Below, piece by piece: positions 17,570 through 26,324 of a stretch of DNA of 38,998 bases (positions within the stretch are counted from its first letter, which is position 1; each line of letters starts with the position of its first letter). Below the pieces are notes generated by a model. The model made no database searches. It was not told where the DNA came from and saw nothing but the letters and a program-made list of their open reading frames with translations. Location of the stretch: the IMG/VR virus record IMGVR_UViG_3300020440_000034, positions 1 to 38,998 of that record; one strand, written 5' to 3'. This DNA comes from a virus (Duplodnaviria; Caudoviricetes). Position numbers and translations under genes: made by a program.

Positions 17570-20503
17570 ATGAATTATATGCGATCATACTTAGATATTT
17601 TAACAGAAGCACCTGCTCGTGGATTAAGTAACACAGGTGGTTTAGTAAACTTTAATGTAGATAAAAGTTTACCTGTAACAAAAATTAAAGACAAAGAAGG
17701 AAATACATTTGATTTACATGCTTCAGAAGAAGATGCACAGAAATTTATCGATAGTAGTAACGCATATGAAAAGTTTGATGCAAGTACAGCTGCTCCACAA
17801 GCAGGTGGTAATGAAGAACTTGATGCTATTGTAGCAAAGTATGCAAAACCAGGTATGACACTTGCAGACTTAGCGGCTGCTGAAAAAGAAGCAGGTAGTG
17901 ATTCAAATTCGAGATATGTAATTGCATACATTGCAAAGTCATTAGGCGAAGAAGGCCTATATAGACCAGATGGAAGCGGATATGTATATCTTGAAGGTGA
18001 TGAAGTCAAGAGTGCAAGAGGTGGAAGTATGGACCAAGCAAAGGCAGCGGCTGCGCTAGGTTTATTACCAGATGCTACAAAAGAAAAAATTGAAAAGGTT
18101 TCACAAAGTTCAAGAACAGATGTTGCAGATAAAGCTAAAGAAGTATTAGCGGCAGCTGGAGAAGAAACTCCAAAGGCCACGGACGGCGAAGAAACTCCAA
18201 AGGCCATGGACGGCGAAGGTGGAGCTGCAGGCGCAGTTGCTCAAAAATTAAAACGTGTTCAAGAACTACTTGCTAAAGCAATAGAACAAGCACCAGCTGA
18301 AGAAAGTTGGGCACCACGTAGTTATGCAGACCAATTATTAGAAGAAATTTCAGCACAAGAAACAACTGAATTACAAGGTTTAATAAAAGAATTAGAAACA
18401 GAACTTCCGAATATTGCTGACGAATCATTAAAACAACAAATAGAAGCAGCTCTTAATCAGTACAAAGAATTCCAAGCAAAGTCTACGCAAGGTATTGATG
18501 AACCAGGACAAGAAGGCGAAGGCGAAGGACAAATAGATACTGATAGCGACAGTGCTATTGCAGCAGCTATTGCTGATCCTGCACTTTGGATTACTAACGA
18601 AATGCCTAAAGAGTTAGCACAAGCTAATGCAAAAGGATTGTTAAAAGCAACCGAAAATGGTAAAAAGAAATCAGCTTCGGCAGCAGCTGTACAACAGATA
18701 ATGAAACAGATTGCTAGTATAACTGGCAACAAAGACATGGACATTGACGCAGATGGACTATACGGACCAGCAAGTATTGAAGCAGTTAAAAAGGCTCAAG
18801 GTCTTGCAGGCATCACAGTAGATGGTGACCCGGGTGCAGAAACAGCAGGAGAATTAGTTAAGTTTAGCAAAGATCCAACTGGTAAAGGCGGTATAGCAGA
18901 TACTGATTTAACACAAGATTTAGATAGTGCAATAGAACTTCTTAAAAAAGGTATTGCAGCTTTTGGTAGCGGCGAAGCACCAAAAGCACAAGCAGGTGGC
19001 GATGATGCAATGGCAGCAGGCCAAGCCGCAGGAAGAGTTGGCGCAACAGATCCTAAATTTGCAAATCCTCCAGGAGGACAGCAAAATCAAAGTATAGATT
19101 TTAGTATGCGTAAAATGCTAGAAACACTTGAAAGATTAGATGAAAAATTATCTCCAGAAGATGAAGAAACATTAAAAGGCATAGTAGGAGAACTACAAGC
19201 TAAGATCGATGATCCAGAATATCAAGCAAGTTTAGATCCAGAAATGCAAGCAAAGTTTGCAGAACTATCTAAACTTAGAGCAGAATACAACAAACTAGTA
19301 TCAGGAGCAGGTGAAGCAAACGCAGCTGCACAAGACGCTATTGTAGGTAAATTACTTAAAGCAGTAAAAGGTATGGGCACAGACGAAGAAGCTGTATACG
19401 CCGCAGTAGCAGAAATAGCCGACAAAGCTAGTTTTGATAAAATGTTAACTAAAAATCCAGAACTAATACCAACAGTATTGGATGACTTTAGTGGAGCTGA
19501 ACTACAAAAAGTAATAGATGGTTTTGCAGCTAAAGGTATTAAGATTGAAGTGGTTAAGGAACCAAAAGGACTTACTAGCGGAACTTACAAGTATGATGGT
19601 AAGACTTATGGAGTAGGTGCAGGTAAAGAAGATCCAAAAGCAAAAGCAGGTGGATCTGATAATCCGACAGGAAACCCTGAAGAAAATCCTACTACATCTA
19701 CTACTACACCAACAGCACCTCCACCTAGACCGGCTGCAGTAGGACAACAAGCTGCTGCTAAAGCTCCTCCAACTCAACAACAATTAGATAAACGTAAAAA
19801 CACTATGGCGTTTCAAAGCAAGGATTATAGTATGAAAAAAGCAATTAACGAATCAGCATCAATGAATATATCAATGAGCGGAGACAATGCGGGCGAAGTA
19901 GGCGAACTATTAAAAATTCTTAAAAACGCAGGTATGCCAGATGCAGCTCCTGTAGGCGCAATGGATATGCCAATGGATGCTCCAGTGTCTGCAATACCCG
20001 GTGGTGCAGGAATAGACTTAGATAGAGATGGTAACAACGATATGGAAGTCGGTCCTATGGATCACGATCATAGCATGCCAGACGAATCACCGTGCGGTAG
20101 CGACGATAGCGGCATGGGAGACATGAAAAAATTAGCAGGACTTAAAGGCCCAATGCCTGAAGAAGATGTAGAAGAAGATGGTTGGGATAACTCACCAGAC
20201 GAAGAATACAAAGATGACGACTACATGTATCAATCAGGTGGTATGCATAAAAAGAAAAAAGCATATCCTGCAACACAAGACGGTGACAATCCTATGGCGC
20301 TAGAAACAAGTATCAAAGAACAGCTATGGGCAGCATTAAACGAAAAAATGACAGCTGAAGGCCGTGGACGTGGTAAGAAGAAATCACGTGGTACAAAAGA
20401 AGACATACAAACCACTGAGGGTCGTGGCAAGAAGAAGAAGTCACGCGGTGCAATGGAGGGCTCAAGAGGAAAAACGAGCCGTGGTAAAAAGTCAAGAGGT
20501 TAA
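17570..20503 (+). CDS. Large modular putative internal head protein (peptidoglycan-binding domain, annexin repeat, basic tail)
   Basis: Leader YLDILTE; DADGLYGPASIEAVKKAQ...VDGDPGAET (PG_binding_1); KAVKGMGTDEEAV...DDFSG (annexin); Arg/Lys/Gly-rich C-terminus. Confidence 0.7.
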   Translation: MNYMRSYLDILTEAPARGLSNTGGLVNFNVDKSLPVTKIKDKEGNTFDLHASEEDAQKFIDSSNAYEKFDASTAAPQAGGNEELDAIVAKYAKPGMTLADLAAAEKEAGSDSNSRYVIAYIAKSLGEEGLYRPDGSGYVYLEGDEVKSARGGSMDQAKAAAALGLLPDATKEKIEKVSQSSRTDVADKAKEVLAAAGEETPKATDGEETPKAMDGEGGAAGAVAQKLKRVQELLAKAIEQAPAEESWAPRSYADQLLEEISAQETTELQGLIKELETELPNIADESLKQQIEAALNQYKEFQAKSTQGIDEPGQEGEGEGQIDTDSDSAIAAAIADPALWITNEMPKELAQANAKGLLKATENGKKKSASAAAVQQIMKQIASITGNKDMDIDADGLYGPASIEAVKKAQGLAGITVDGDPGAETAGELVKFSKDPTGKGGIADTDLTQDLDSAIELLKKGIAAFGSGEAPKAQAGGDDAMAAGQAAGRVGATDPKFANPPGGQQNQSIDFSMRKMLETLERLDEKLSPEDEETLKGIVGELQAKIDDPEYQASLDPEMQAKFAELSKLRAEYNKLVSGAGEANAAAQDAIVGKLLKAVKGMGTDEEAVYAAVAEIADKASFDKMLTKNPELIPTVLDDFSGAELQKVIDGFAAKGIKIEVVKEPKGLTSGTYKYDGKTYGVGAGKEDPKAKAGGSDNPTGNPEENPTTSTTTPTAPPPRPAAVGQQAAAKAPPTQQQLDKRKNTMAFQSKDYSMKKAINESASMNISMSGDNAGEVGELLKILKNAGMPDAAPVGAMDMPMDAPVSAIPGGAGIDLDRDGNNDMEVGPMDHDHSMPDESPCGSDDSGMGDMKKLAGLKGPMPEEDVEEDGWDNSPDEEYKDDDYMYQSGGMHKKKKAYPATQDGDNPMALETSIKEQLWAALNEKMTAEGRGRGKKKSRGTKEDIQTTEGRGKKKKSRGAMEGSRGKTSRGKKSRG
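18161..18214 (+). repeat. 27-bp in-frame tandem duplication
   Basis: GAAGAAACTCCAAAGGCCA(C/T)GGACGGC x2 with one mismatch, encoding EETPKA(T/M)DG. Confidence 0.95.
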
Positions 20504-20831
20504 TTGGGAACAATATTTCCAACACATAAAACCTGTATGTCCTTGGAGTGGCGCTGCTTTTAAAAAAGGCGAATTAAAAATTACGCAATGGTCTGGAGAA
20601 ATTGAGCCACTAGGCAACAATCAGGCCATTGTTTACATTTGCCCAAACTATAATCGTAGACGATTAAAAAAATTACACAAAAAAATTGATGACGGAACAT
20701 ACGAATGGTTGTGGAGCGAACCAACTAATGGTCCTAATGCATCCCCAGTACCTGTATTAATACAACAAGACAAACGCAAATTATTTGATTTAAGATTCGA
20801 TACAGGCTATTACGATGATATAATAGGTTAA
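20481..20831 (+). CDS. Hypothetical protein (PVCPW motif)
   Basis: Protein-like from VNWEQYF onward; probable GTG start at 20481 after GAGG, overlapping the previous gene. Start uncertain. Confidence 0.6.
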   Translation: MVKSQEVNWEQYFQHIKPVCPWSGAAFKKGELKITQWSGEIEPLGNNQAIVYICPNYNRRRLKKLHKKIDDGTYEWLWSEPTNGPNASPVPVLIQQDKRKLFDLRFDTGYYDDIIG

Positions 20832-20834
20832 ATA
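20827..20834 (+). promoter_or_regulatory. Late promoter (GTTAAATA), near-leaderless
   Basis: TAAATA core 4 nt before the terminase ATG. Confidence 0.6.
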
Positions 20835-20838
20835 TAGT

Positions 20839-22419
20839 ATGAGCAAAAGTTTAGACGGTGTTTTAACCAAAAAAGCCAACCAAAAAGAAACGTTTACAGA
20901 AGAACAAATTTTTGATTTGCAATCGTGTATGGATCCAAACGAAGGATACTTATATTTTGCACGTAAATTTTCATATATACAGCACCCTGTAAAAGGTAAA
21001 CTTTTATTTAATCCTTTTGAATACCAAGAACGTTTGTTAAAAAGCTATCATAACTTTAGATTTAATGTTAATATGTTGCCAAGACAAACCGGTAAGACAA
21101 CATGCGCCGGAATATATCTGCTTTGGTATGCTATGTTTAATCCCGATCAAACTATTCTTATTGCTGCACACAAGTACACAGGTGCACAAGAAATTATGCA
21201 ACGTATACGTTATGCATACGAATTATGTCCTGATTATATTAGAGCCGGCGTTACTAACTATAACAAAGGTTCTATTGAATTTGAAAACGGTTCACGTATT
21301 GTTAGTGCCACCACAACAGGCAACACAGGACGTGGTATGAGTATATCATTACTATACTGTGACGAGTTTGCATTTGTGCAACCAAATATTGCTACAGAAT
21401 TTTGGACATCAATATCACCTACACTAGCAACAGGTGGTCGTGCTATTATAACTTCAACACCCAATTCAGACGAAGATACATTTGCAAATATTTGGAAAGA
21501 AGCTGAGAAGAAATATGATGAAAATGGCAACGAACAAGATCTTGGTGTAAACGGATTTCATAGTTTTAGAAGTTATTGGCAAGAGCATCCTGACAGAGAT
21601 GAAAAGTGGAAAGATGAAGAACTAGGACGTATCGGAGAAGAAAGATTTAGGCGTGAATATGATTGCGAATTCTTAGTATTTGACGAGACACTTATAAGTA
21701 GTTTGAAACTTGTTACTATGGAAGGCGAAAAACCTATGATGAACATGGGACAAACACGTTGGTATAAAAAGTTATCTAAACAATGTTCTTATGTTGTTGC
21801 ATTAGACCCTAGTATGGGCACAGGTGGCGATTATTCAGCAATACAGGTATTTGAATTACCTAGTTATGAACAAGTTGCAGAGTGGAGACACAATACAAGT
21901 CCTATTACCAGCCAAGTACGTGTATTAAAAGACATACTAGATCATATAGTAAGCGAAACAAATAATCCGCAAGGTATATATTGGTCAGTTGAGAATAACG
22001 GATTAGGAGAAGCAGCTCTTATTGTTATAAATGACTTTGGTGAAGAAAATTTGCCAGGTTTGTTTGTAAGCGAGCCAATGCGTAAAGGACATGTTAGAAA
22101 ATTCCGTAAGGGCTTTAATACTACGCACAGTACAAAAATTAGTGCATGTAGTAGAATGAAGACAATGATAGAAAATGATAAAATGAAAATCTCCTCAGGA
22201 GCATTGATTAGTGAATTAAAGGGATTTATTGCAACAGGATCAAGCTATCAAGCAAAAACCGGAGAAACAGATGATTTAATTAGTGCATTATTACTTGTTA
22301 TTAGGATTATGAGTGTGCTTAAAGATTGGGATCCTAGAGTGTATAATACATTTAAAAGTATGGAAAATGAAATAGATTATGAACCGCCCATGCCCATCTT
22401 CATATCGACCAATTATTGA
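20839..22419 (+). CDS. gp17: Terminase large subunit (gp17)
   Basis: Walker A PRQTGKTT, Walker B LLYCDEFAF, ITSTPN, FRREYDCEF, nuclease ALDPSMG.GGDYS, VENN, TDDLI. Confidence 0.97.
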   Translation: MSKSLDGVLTKKANQKETFTEEQIFDLQSCMDPNEGYLYFARKFSYIQHPVKGKLLFNPFEYQERLLKSYHNFRFNVNMLPRQTGKTTCAGIYLLWYAMFNPDQTILIAAHKYTGAQEIMQRIRYAYELCPDYIRAGVTNYNKGSIEFENGSRIVSATTTGNTGRGMSISLLYCDEFAFVQPNIATEFWTSISPTLATGGRAIITSTPNSDEDTFANIWKEAEKKYDENGNEQDLGVNGFHSFRSYWQEHPDRDEKWKDEELGRIGEERFRREYDCEFLVFDETLISSLKLVTMEGEKPMMNMGQTRWYKKLSKQCSYVVALDPSMGTGGDYSAIQVFELPSYEQVAEWRHNTSPITSQVRVLKDILDHIVSETNNPQGIYWSVENNGLGEAALIVINDFGEENLPGLFVSEPMRKGHVRKFRKGFNTTHSTKISACSRMKTMIENDKMKISSGALISELKGFIATGSSYQAKTGETDDLISALLLVIRIMSVLKDWDPRVYNTFKSMENEIDYEPPMPIFISTNY

Positions 22420-22425
22420 TAAATA
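22418..22425 (+). promoter_or_regulatory. Late promoter (GATAAATA), near-leaderless
   Basis: Box ends 5 nt before the ATG at 22431. Confidence 0.75.
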
Positions 22426-22430
22426 TTAAT

Positions 22431-23984
22431 ATGAAAAACCTAGATCTAATTAGTGAAGAATTATTTAATAAAATACGAGGCCGCTTTCCAAGCGTTACAA
22501 TCGGCAATAGTGAAGGTAATGTAACAAACGTTCCTAATGAAGCAAGATTTTTTGATTTTGATTTTAAAGAAGGCGATAAGAATTTAGGTAAGGTAAGTGT
22601 AAGTGTTGACGATAAAAGTTTAAATGTTATGTACAGTAACAATTTTATCGAAGGACAAGATAAGTTTACGAAAGAACGATGGTATGGGTTTTTGAAAGAA
22701 CTTAGATATTTTGCTAAAAAACGTTTGCTAAACTTTGATACCAGAGACATTACAAAGTCAAATTTAAATAGAAGAGATTATAAGTTTTTAGCAAATAAAT
22801 CCGGAGAAGAAACAATGAGCGAATCAAAAATGTATGGAACTAGTAGATCGAGCTACCAAGATGTAGGTACAGCTAGATTAGCACTAAAACATAGTAAACC
22901 TGTAAACCAAGAATATGCAGCTGGCAGAACACAAAATGTAGAAGCTATATACATTGAAAGTGCCGACGGTGAAAGATTTAAATATCCGTTTAGACATTTA
23001 AATGGTGCGAGAGCAATGGCTAGACATGTTAGTGAAGGCGGTAATGCTTATGATGAGTTTGGTAAACACATTGTTAGTCTATCAGAAGAACTTGCTAAGT
23101 TAAGAAAATTTAAAAATTACATGAGTCGCTCTAGTGTAATGGCTGAAGGCTTAACTGATTACATGGATGTAGTTTTTGAAAGAATTGACACTGTTAAGAA
23201 AACTGTAGAGCAATTACAAAAAGAGGCTTATTATAAAGAAGCAATTGATAATTACTCAACACCTGTAATGGAAGATGTACCGGAAGATATTGCAAGTAAT
23301 TGGATTGATCAATTAACTATTAAACAGTTTAATGAGGAATTAAAAGATGTATTTCCTTATATTTACAAATTAGTAAATGAGAAAACTAAGGCACAGCAGT
23401 TAGGACCAGAAGACCTATTAGGCGAAGCTGAAGTAGCAGAAGGCCATATGAAAGGCTATCGTAAATATCATTGCAAAGATTGCGGTTGTCAAATGCATAA
23501 CTGTAAACCAGATTGTGATTGTCCTCATGATTCACATGATGAAAGTGGTTCATGGTGGAGAGATGCTAATGGAAATGGCGTTCCGGACATAATGGAAGAC
23601 ACGGACACAATGACCGAATACGAACAATGGGCAGACGAAATTATAGAGACAGGATTAGATACAGAGCCCGAAGAAGAAAAAATTCCTGTTACTGAGTTTG
23701 TATTATCATTGTTTGATCGAGAAACTGGTCAATTTCCAAAAGGTGAAACAGCAGTATTGACAGCAATCGAAAAAGATTATGGTGAGCAATATATTGAGCC
23801 AGCAAAGTCATTTATAGAAGCAATCAATGAAAAATATGCACAGTTTGCAGAAGCCGGAGCAATGGAACAAGACATGATTGAACCAGAAGCGCAAGGCACT
23901 ATGATGGAGCCTACAGTTGATCAAGATGAACAGTTTGGCGAAGATAAAGAACTAGAAGATATCAGAAGAATAGCAGGCATATAA
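22431..23984 (+). CDS. Hypothetical late protein, probably head-associated, with Cys/His-rich insert
   Basis: Long ORF (start MKNLDL) behind a late promoter; acidic C-terminal half; ends ELEDIRRIAGI. Confidence 0.7.
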   Translation: MKNLDLISEELFNKIRGRFPSVTIGNSEGNVTNVPNEARFFDFDFKEGDKNLGKVSVSVDDKSLNVMYSNNFIEGQDKFTKERWYGFLKELRYFAKKRLLNFDTRDITKSNLNRRDYKFLANKSGEETMSESKMYGTSRSSYQDVGTARLALKHSKPVNQEYAAGRTQNVEAIYIESADGERFKYPFRHLNGARAMARHVSEGGNAYDEFGKHIVSLSEELAKLRKFKNYMSRSSVMAEGLTDYMDVVFERIDTVKKTVEQLQKEAYYKEAIDNYSTPVMEDVPEDIASNWIDQLTIKQFNEELKDVFPYIYKLVNEKTKAQQLGPEDLLGEAEVAEGHMKGYRKYHCKDCGCQMHNCKPDCDCPHDSHDESGSWWRDANGNGVPDIMEDTDTMTEYEQWADEIIETGLDTEPEEEKIPVTEFVLSLFDRETGQFPKGETAVLTAIEKDYGEQYIEPAKSFIEAINEKYAQFAEAGAMEQDMIEPEAQGTMMEPTVDQDEQFGEDKELEDIRRIAGI

Positions 23985-24013
23985 AATAAATTCAATTATT
24001 TGTAAGATTTCAC

Positions 24014-24042
24014 TTGACTTCTGATAAATAATAGCGTACAAT
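24014..24042 (+). promoter_or_regulatory. Sigma70 promoter with nested late promoter
   Basis: TTGACT-N17-TACAAT, with GATAAATA at 24023-24030 inside the spacer. Confidence 0.8.
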
Positions 24043-24129
24043 ACATAATGTGCTGTACGTATAAAGGCACAAGAGTAGCAAATAATTTGTTGCTCTGCAC
24101 ATAGGCATAACATATAGGAGGCATTAACT

Positions 24130-25128
24130 ATGGCATCATTAGCAGAAATCCGAGCAAAGCTCAAGGAACAAGAATCACGCACAAGCGGTAATTCATCAGG
24201 CGGCGGCGACAACGCAATTTACCCATTTTGGAATATTAAAGAAGGCGAGAGTGCAACTCTACGTTTCCTTCCAGATGGCGATGAGTCAAACACTTTCTTT
24301 TGGAAAGAACGTTTGATGATTAAATTGCCTTTCGCAGGCGTAAAAGGTGAAACTGATTCACGTCCTGTACAAGTACAAATTCCGTGTATGGAAATGTACG
24401 GCGAGACATGTGACATCTTAAACGAGGTACGTGGCTGGTTTAAAGACCCAAGTCTAGAAGACATGGGTCGTAAATATTGGAAAAAACGTTCATATATTTT
24501 CCAAGGTTTTGTAACGGATAACCCACTCTCAGAAGATACTACTCCTGAGAATCCAATTAGACGTTTTATTATTGGTCCACAAATTTTCCAAATTATTAAA
24601 GCGGCTCTTATGGACCCAGACATGGAAGAATTACCAACAGATTATACTGCTGGTGTAGACTTCCGTCTTAATAAAACATCCAAAGGTGGATATGCAGACT
24701 ATTCAACATCAAACTGGGCACGTAGAGATCGTCCACTAGGTGATGCTGAAATGAAAGGCATTGAAGTCAATGGCTTGTGGAACTTAAACGACTTTCTTCC
24801 TAAGAAACCAGGCGAAGTTGAAGTTAAGATTATGAAAGAAATGTTTGAAGCGTCAGTAGATGGCGAAGCATATGATGCGGATAGATTTGGCCAATATTTC
24901 CGTCCAGCAGGTATGTCAGCAAGAACTGGTGATCCAAATCAATCATCAGCCAACGGAACAGCAACTTCAAGAACTGCTGATCCAGCACCAACTCCAGCAC
25001 CAGAGGCACCTGCTCTAGTAGCAGAAACTGCACCTGAGCCAACTCCAGCACCAACTGCTGAAGCGGCACCTGCAGAAGGTAATGCACAAGACATTCTTGC
25101 AATGATTCGTTCAAGACAATCTAGCTAA
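24130..25128 (+). CDS. gp32: Single-stranded DNA-binding protein (gp32-like)
   Basis: ATLRFLPDGD, PCMEMYGETCDI, YWKKRSY, GVDFRLNKTSKGGYADYSTS, Pro/Ala linker and short tail; GGAGG RBS. Confidence 0.9.
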   Translation: MASLAEIRAKLKEQESRTSGNSSGGGDNAIYPFWNIKEGESATLRFLPDGDESNTFFWKERLMIKLPFAGVKGETDSRPVQVQIPCMEMYGETCDILNEVRGWFKDPSLEDMGRKYWKKRSYIFQGFVTDNPLSEDTTPENPIRRFIIGPQIFQIIKAALMDPDMEELPTDYTAGVDFRLNKTSKGGYADYSTSNWARRDRPLGDAEMKGIEVNGLWNLNDFLPKKPGEVEVKIMKEMFEASVDGEAYDADRFGQYFRPAGMSARTGDPNQSSANGTATSRTADPAPTPAPEAPALVAETAPEPTPAPTAEAAPAEGNAQDILAMIRSRQSS

Positions 25129-25145
25129 AGAATAAAATAAGTGCT

Positions 25146-25210
25146 CCTAGCACTAAAACCAGAACTGAGATTCATTGCCACTGGCTGTCAACGTTCTAAA
25201 CAGTGCTAGG
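25146..25210 (+). other. Structured intergenic element (long interrupted stem-loop) upstream of uvsX
   Basis: CCTAGCACT/AGTGCTAGG 9-bp outer stem and AGAAC/GTTCT inner stem. Confidence 0.55.
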
Positions 25211-25235
25211 TGTATAGCTTTAACAAGGAGAAACT

Positions 25236-26321
25236 ATGGCTAAATCATTTGACGTTAGTAAGTTCCGCAAGGACTTAACTAAAAGTATAACAGGTATGAG
25301 TAGTGGCTTTAATGATCCAACAGATTGGATTAGCACAGGCTCATATGCACTTAACTATCTTATTAGTGGTGACTTCCACAGAGGCGTTCCACTAGGCAAG
25401 GTAACAGTGTTTGCAGGAGAATCAGGCGCAGGTAAAAGTTATTTCTGTGCAGGTAACATTGTAAAACACGCACAAGACCAAGGTATTTTTGTAGTATTAA
25501 TTGACTCAGAGAATGCACTTGATGAAAGTTGGCTACAAGCATTAGACGTTGACACAGGAGAAGATAAACTTCTTAAATTGAATATGTCAATGATTGATGA
25601 TGTAGCAAAAACTGTCAGCACATTTATGGCAGACTACAAAGCAATGAACGAAGAAGATCGTCCTAAAGTATTGTTTGTAATTGATTCACTAGGTATGCTA
25701 CTAACACCAACAGACGTTGATCAGTTTAACAAAGGTGATATGAAAGGTGACATGGGTCGTAAGCCTAAAGCACTGACATCACTTGTACGTAATACTGTTA
25801 ACATGATTGGTAGTTACAATGTGGGACTAGTATGTACTAACCATACATATGCATCACAAGATATGTTTGATCCAGATGACAAGATCAGTGGTGGACAAGG
25901 CTTTATCTATGCATCAAGTATTGTTGTTGCAATGAAAAAGATGAAACTAAAAGAAGATGAAGCTGGTAATAAGATCTCAGAAGTACGTGGCATTAGAGCA
26001 GGTTGTAAAGTAATGAAAACTCGTTATGCAAAACCGTTTGAAGGCGTACAAGTAAAGATTCCATACGAAACAGGTATGAATCCTTACAGTGGTCTTATTG
26101 AACTATTTGAGAAAAAAGGTTTACTAGAAAAACAAGGTAATAGGCTCAAGTATGTTGATCTAGCAGGTAATGAACATCTTGATTATCGTAAGGCATGGAT
26201 GGAACCATCTAAGATGGATATGATCATGTCGGAATACAATGAAAAATTAGCACCTGTGGTAAATACCGCAGATAACGATGAAGAAATTGTTGTAGACGAA
26301 CACGAATTAATCGAGGAGTAA
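25236..26321 (+). CDS. uvsX: RecA-like recombinase UvsX
   Basis: ISTGSYALN, Walker A GESGAGKS, IDSENA, VIDSLG, NHTY, SGGQG..YASS. Confidence 0.95.
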   Translation: MAKSFDVSKFRKDLTKSITGMSSGFNDPTDWISTGSYALNYLISGDFHRGVPLGKVTVFAGESGAGKSYFCAGNIVKHAQDQGIFVVLIDSENALDESWLQALDVDTGEDKLLKLNMSMIDDVAKTVSTFMADYKAMNEEDRPKVLFVIDSLGMLLTPTDVDQFNKGDMKGDMGRKPKALTSLVRNTVNMIGSYNVGLVCTNHTYASQDMFDPDDKISGGQGFIYASSIVVAMKKMKLKEDEAGNKISEVRGIRAGCKVMKTRYAKPFEGVQVKIPYETGMNPYSGLIELFEKKGLLEKQGNRLKYVDLAGNEHLDYRKAWMEPSKMDMIMSEYNEKLAPVVNTADNDEEIVVDEHELIEE

Positions 26322-26324
26322 ATT

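Noticed and set aside
18161-18214. 27-bp direct repeat as a CRISPR or mobile-element signature
   Set aside because: Only two adjacent in-frame copies with no spacer; this is a simple coding duplication in a linker.
25146-25210. tRNA or intrinsic terminator interpretation of the uvsX upstream hairpin
   Set aside because: There is no cloverleaf with T-loop/CCA and no U-tract following the stem.
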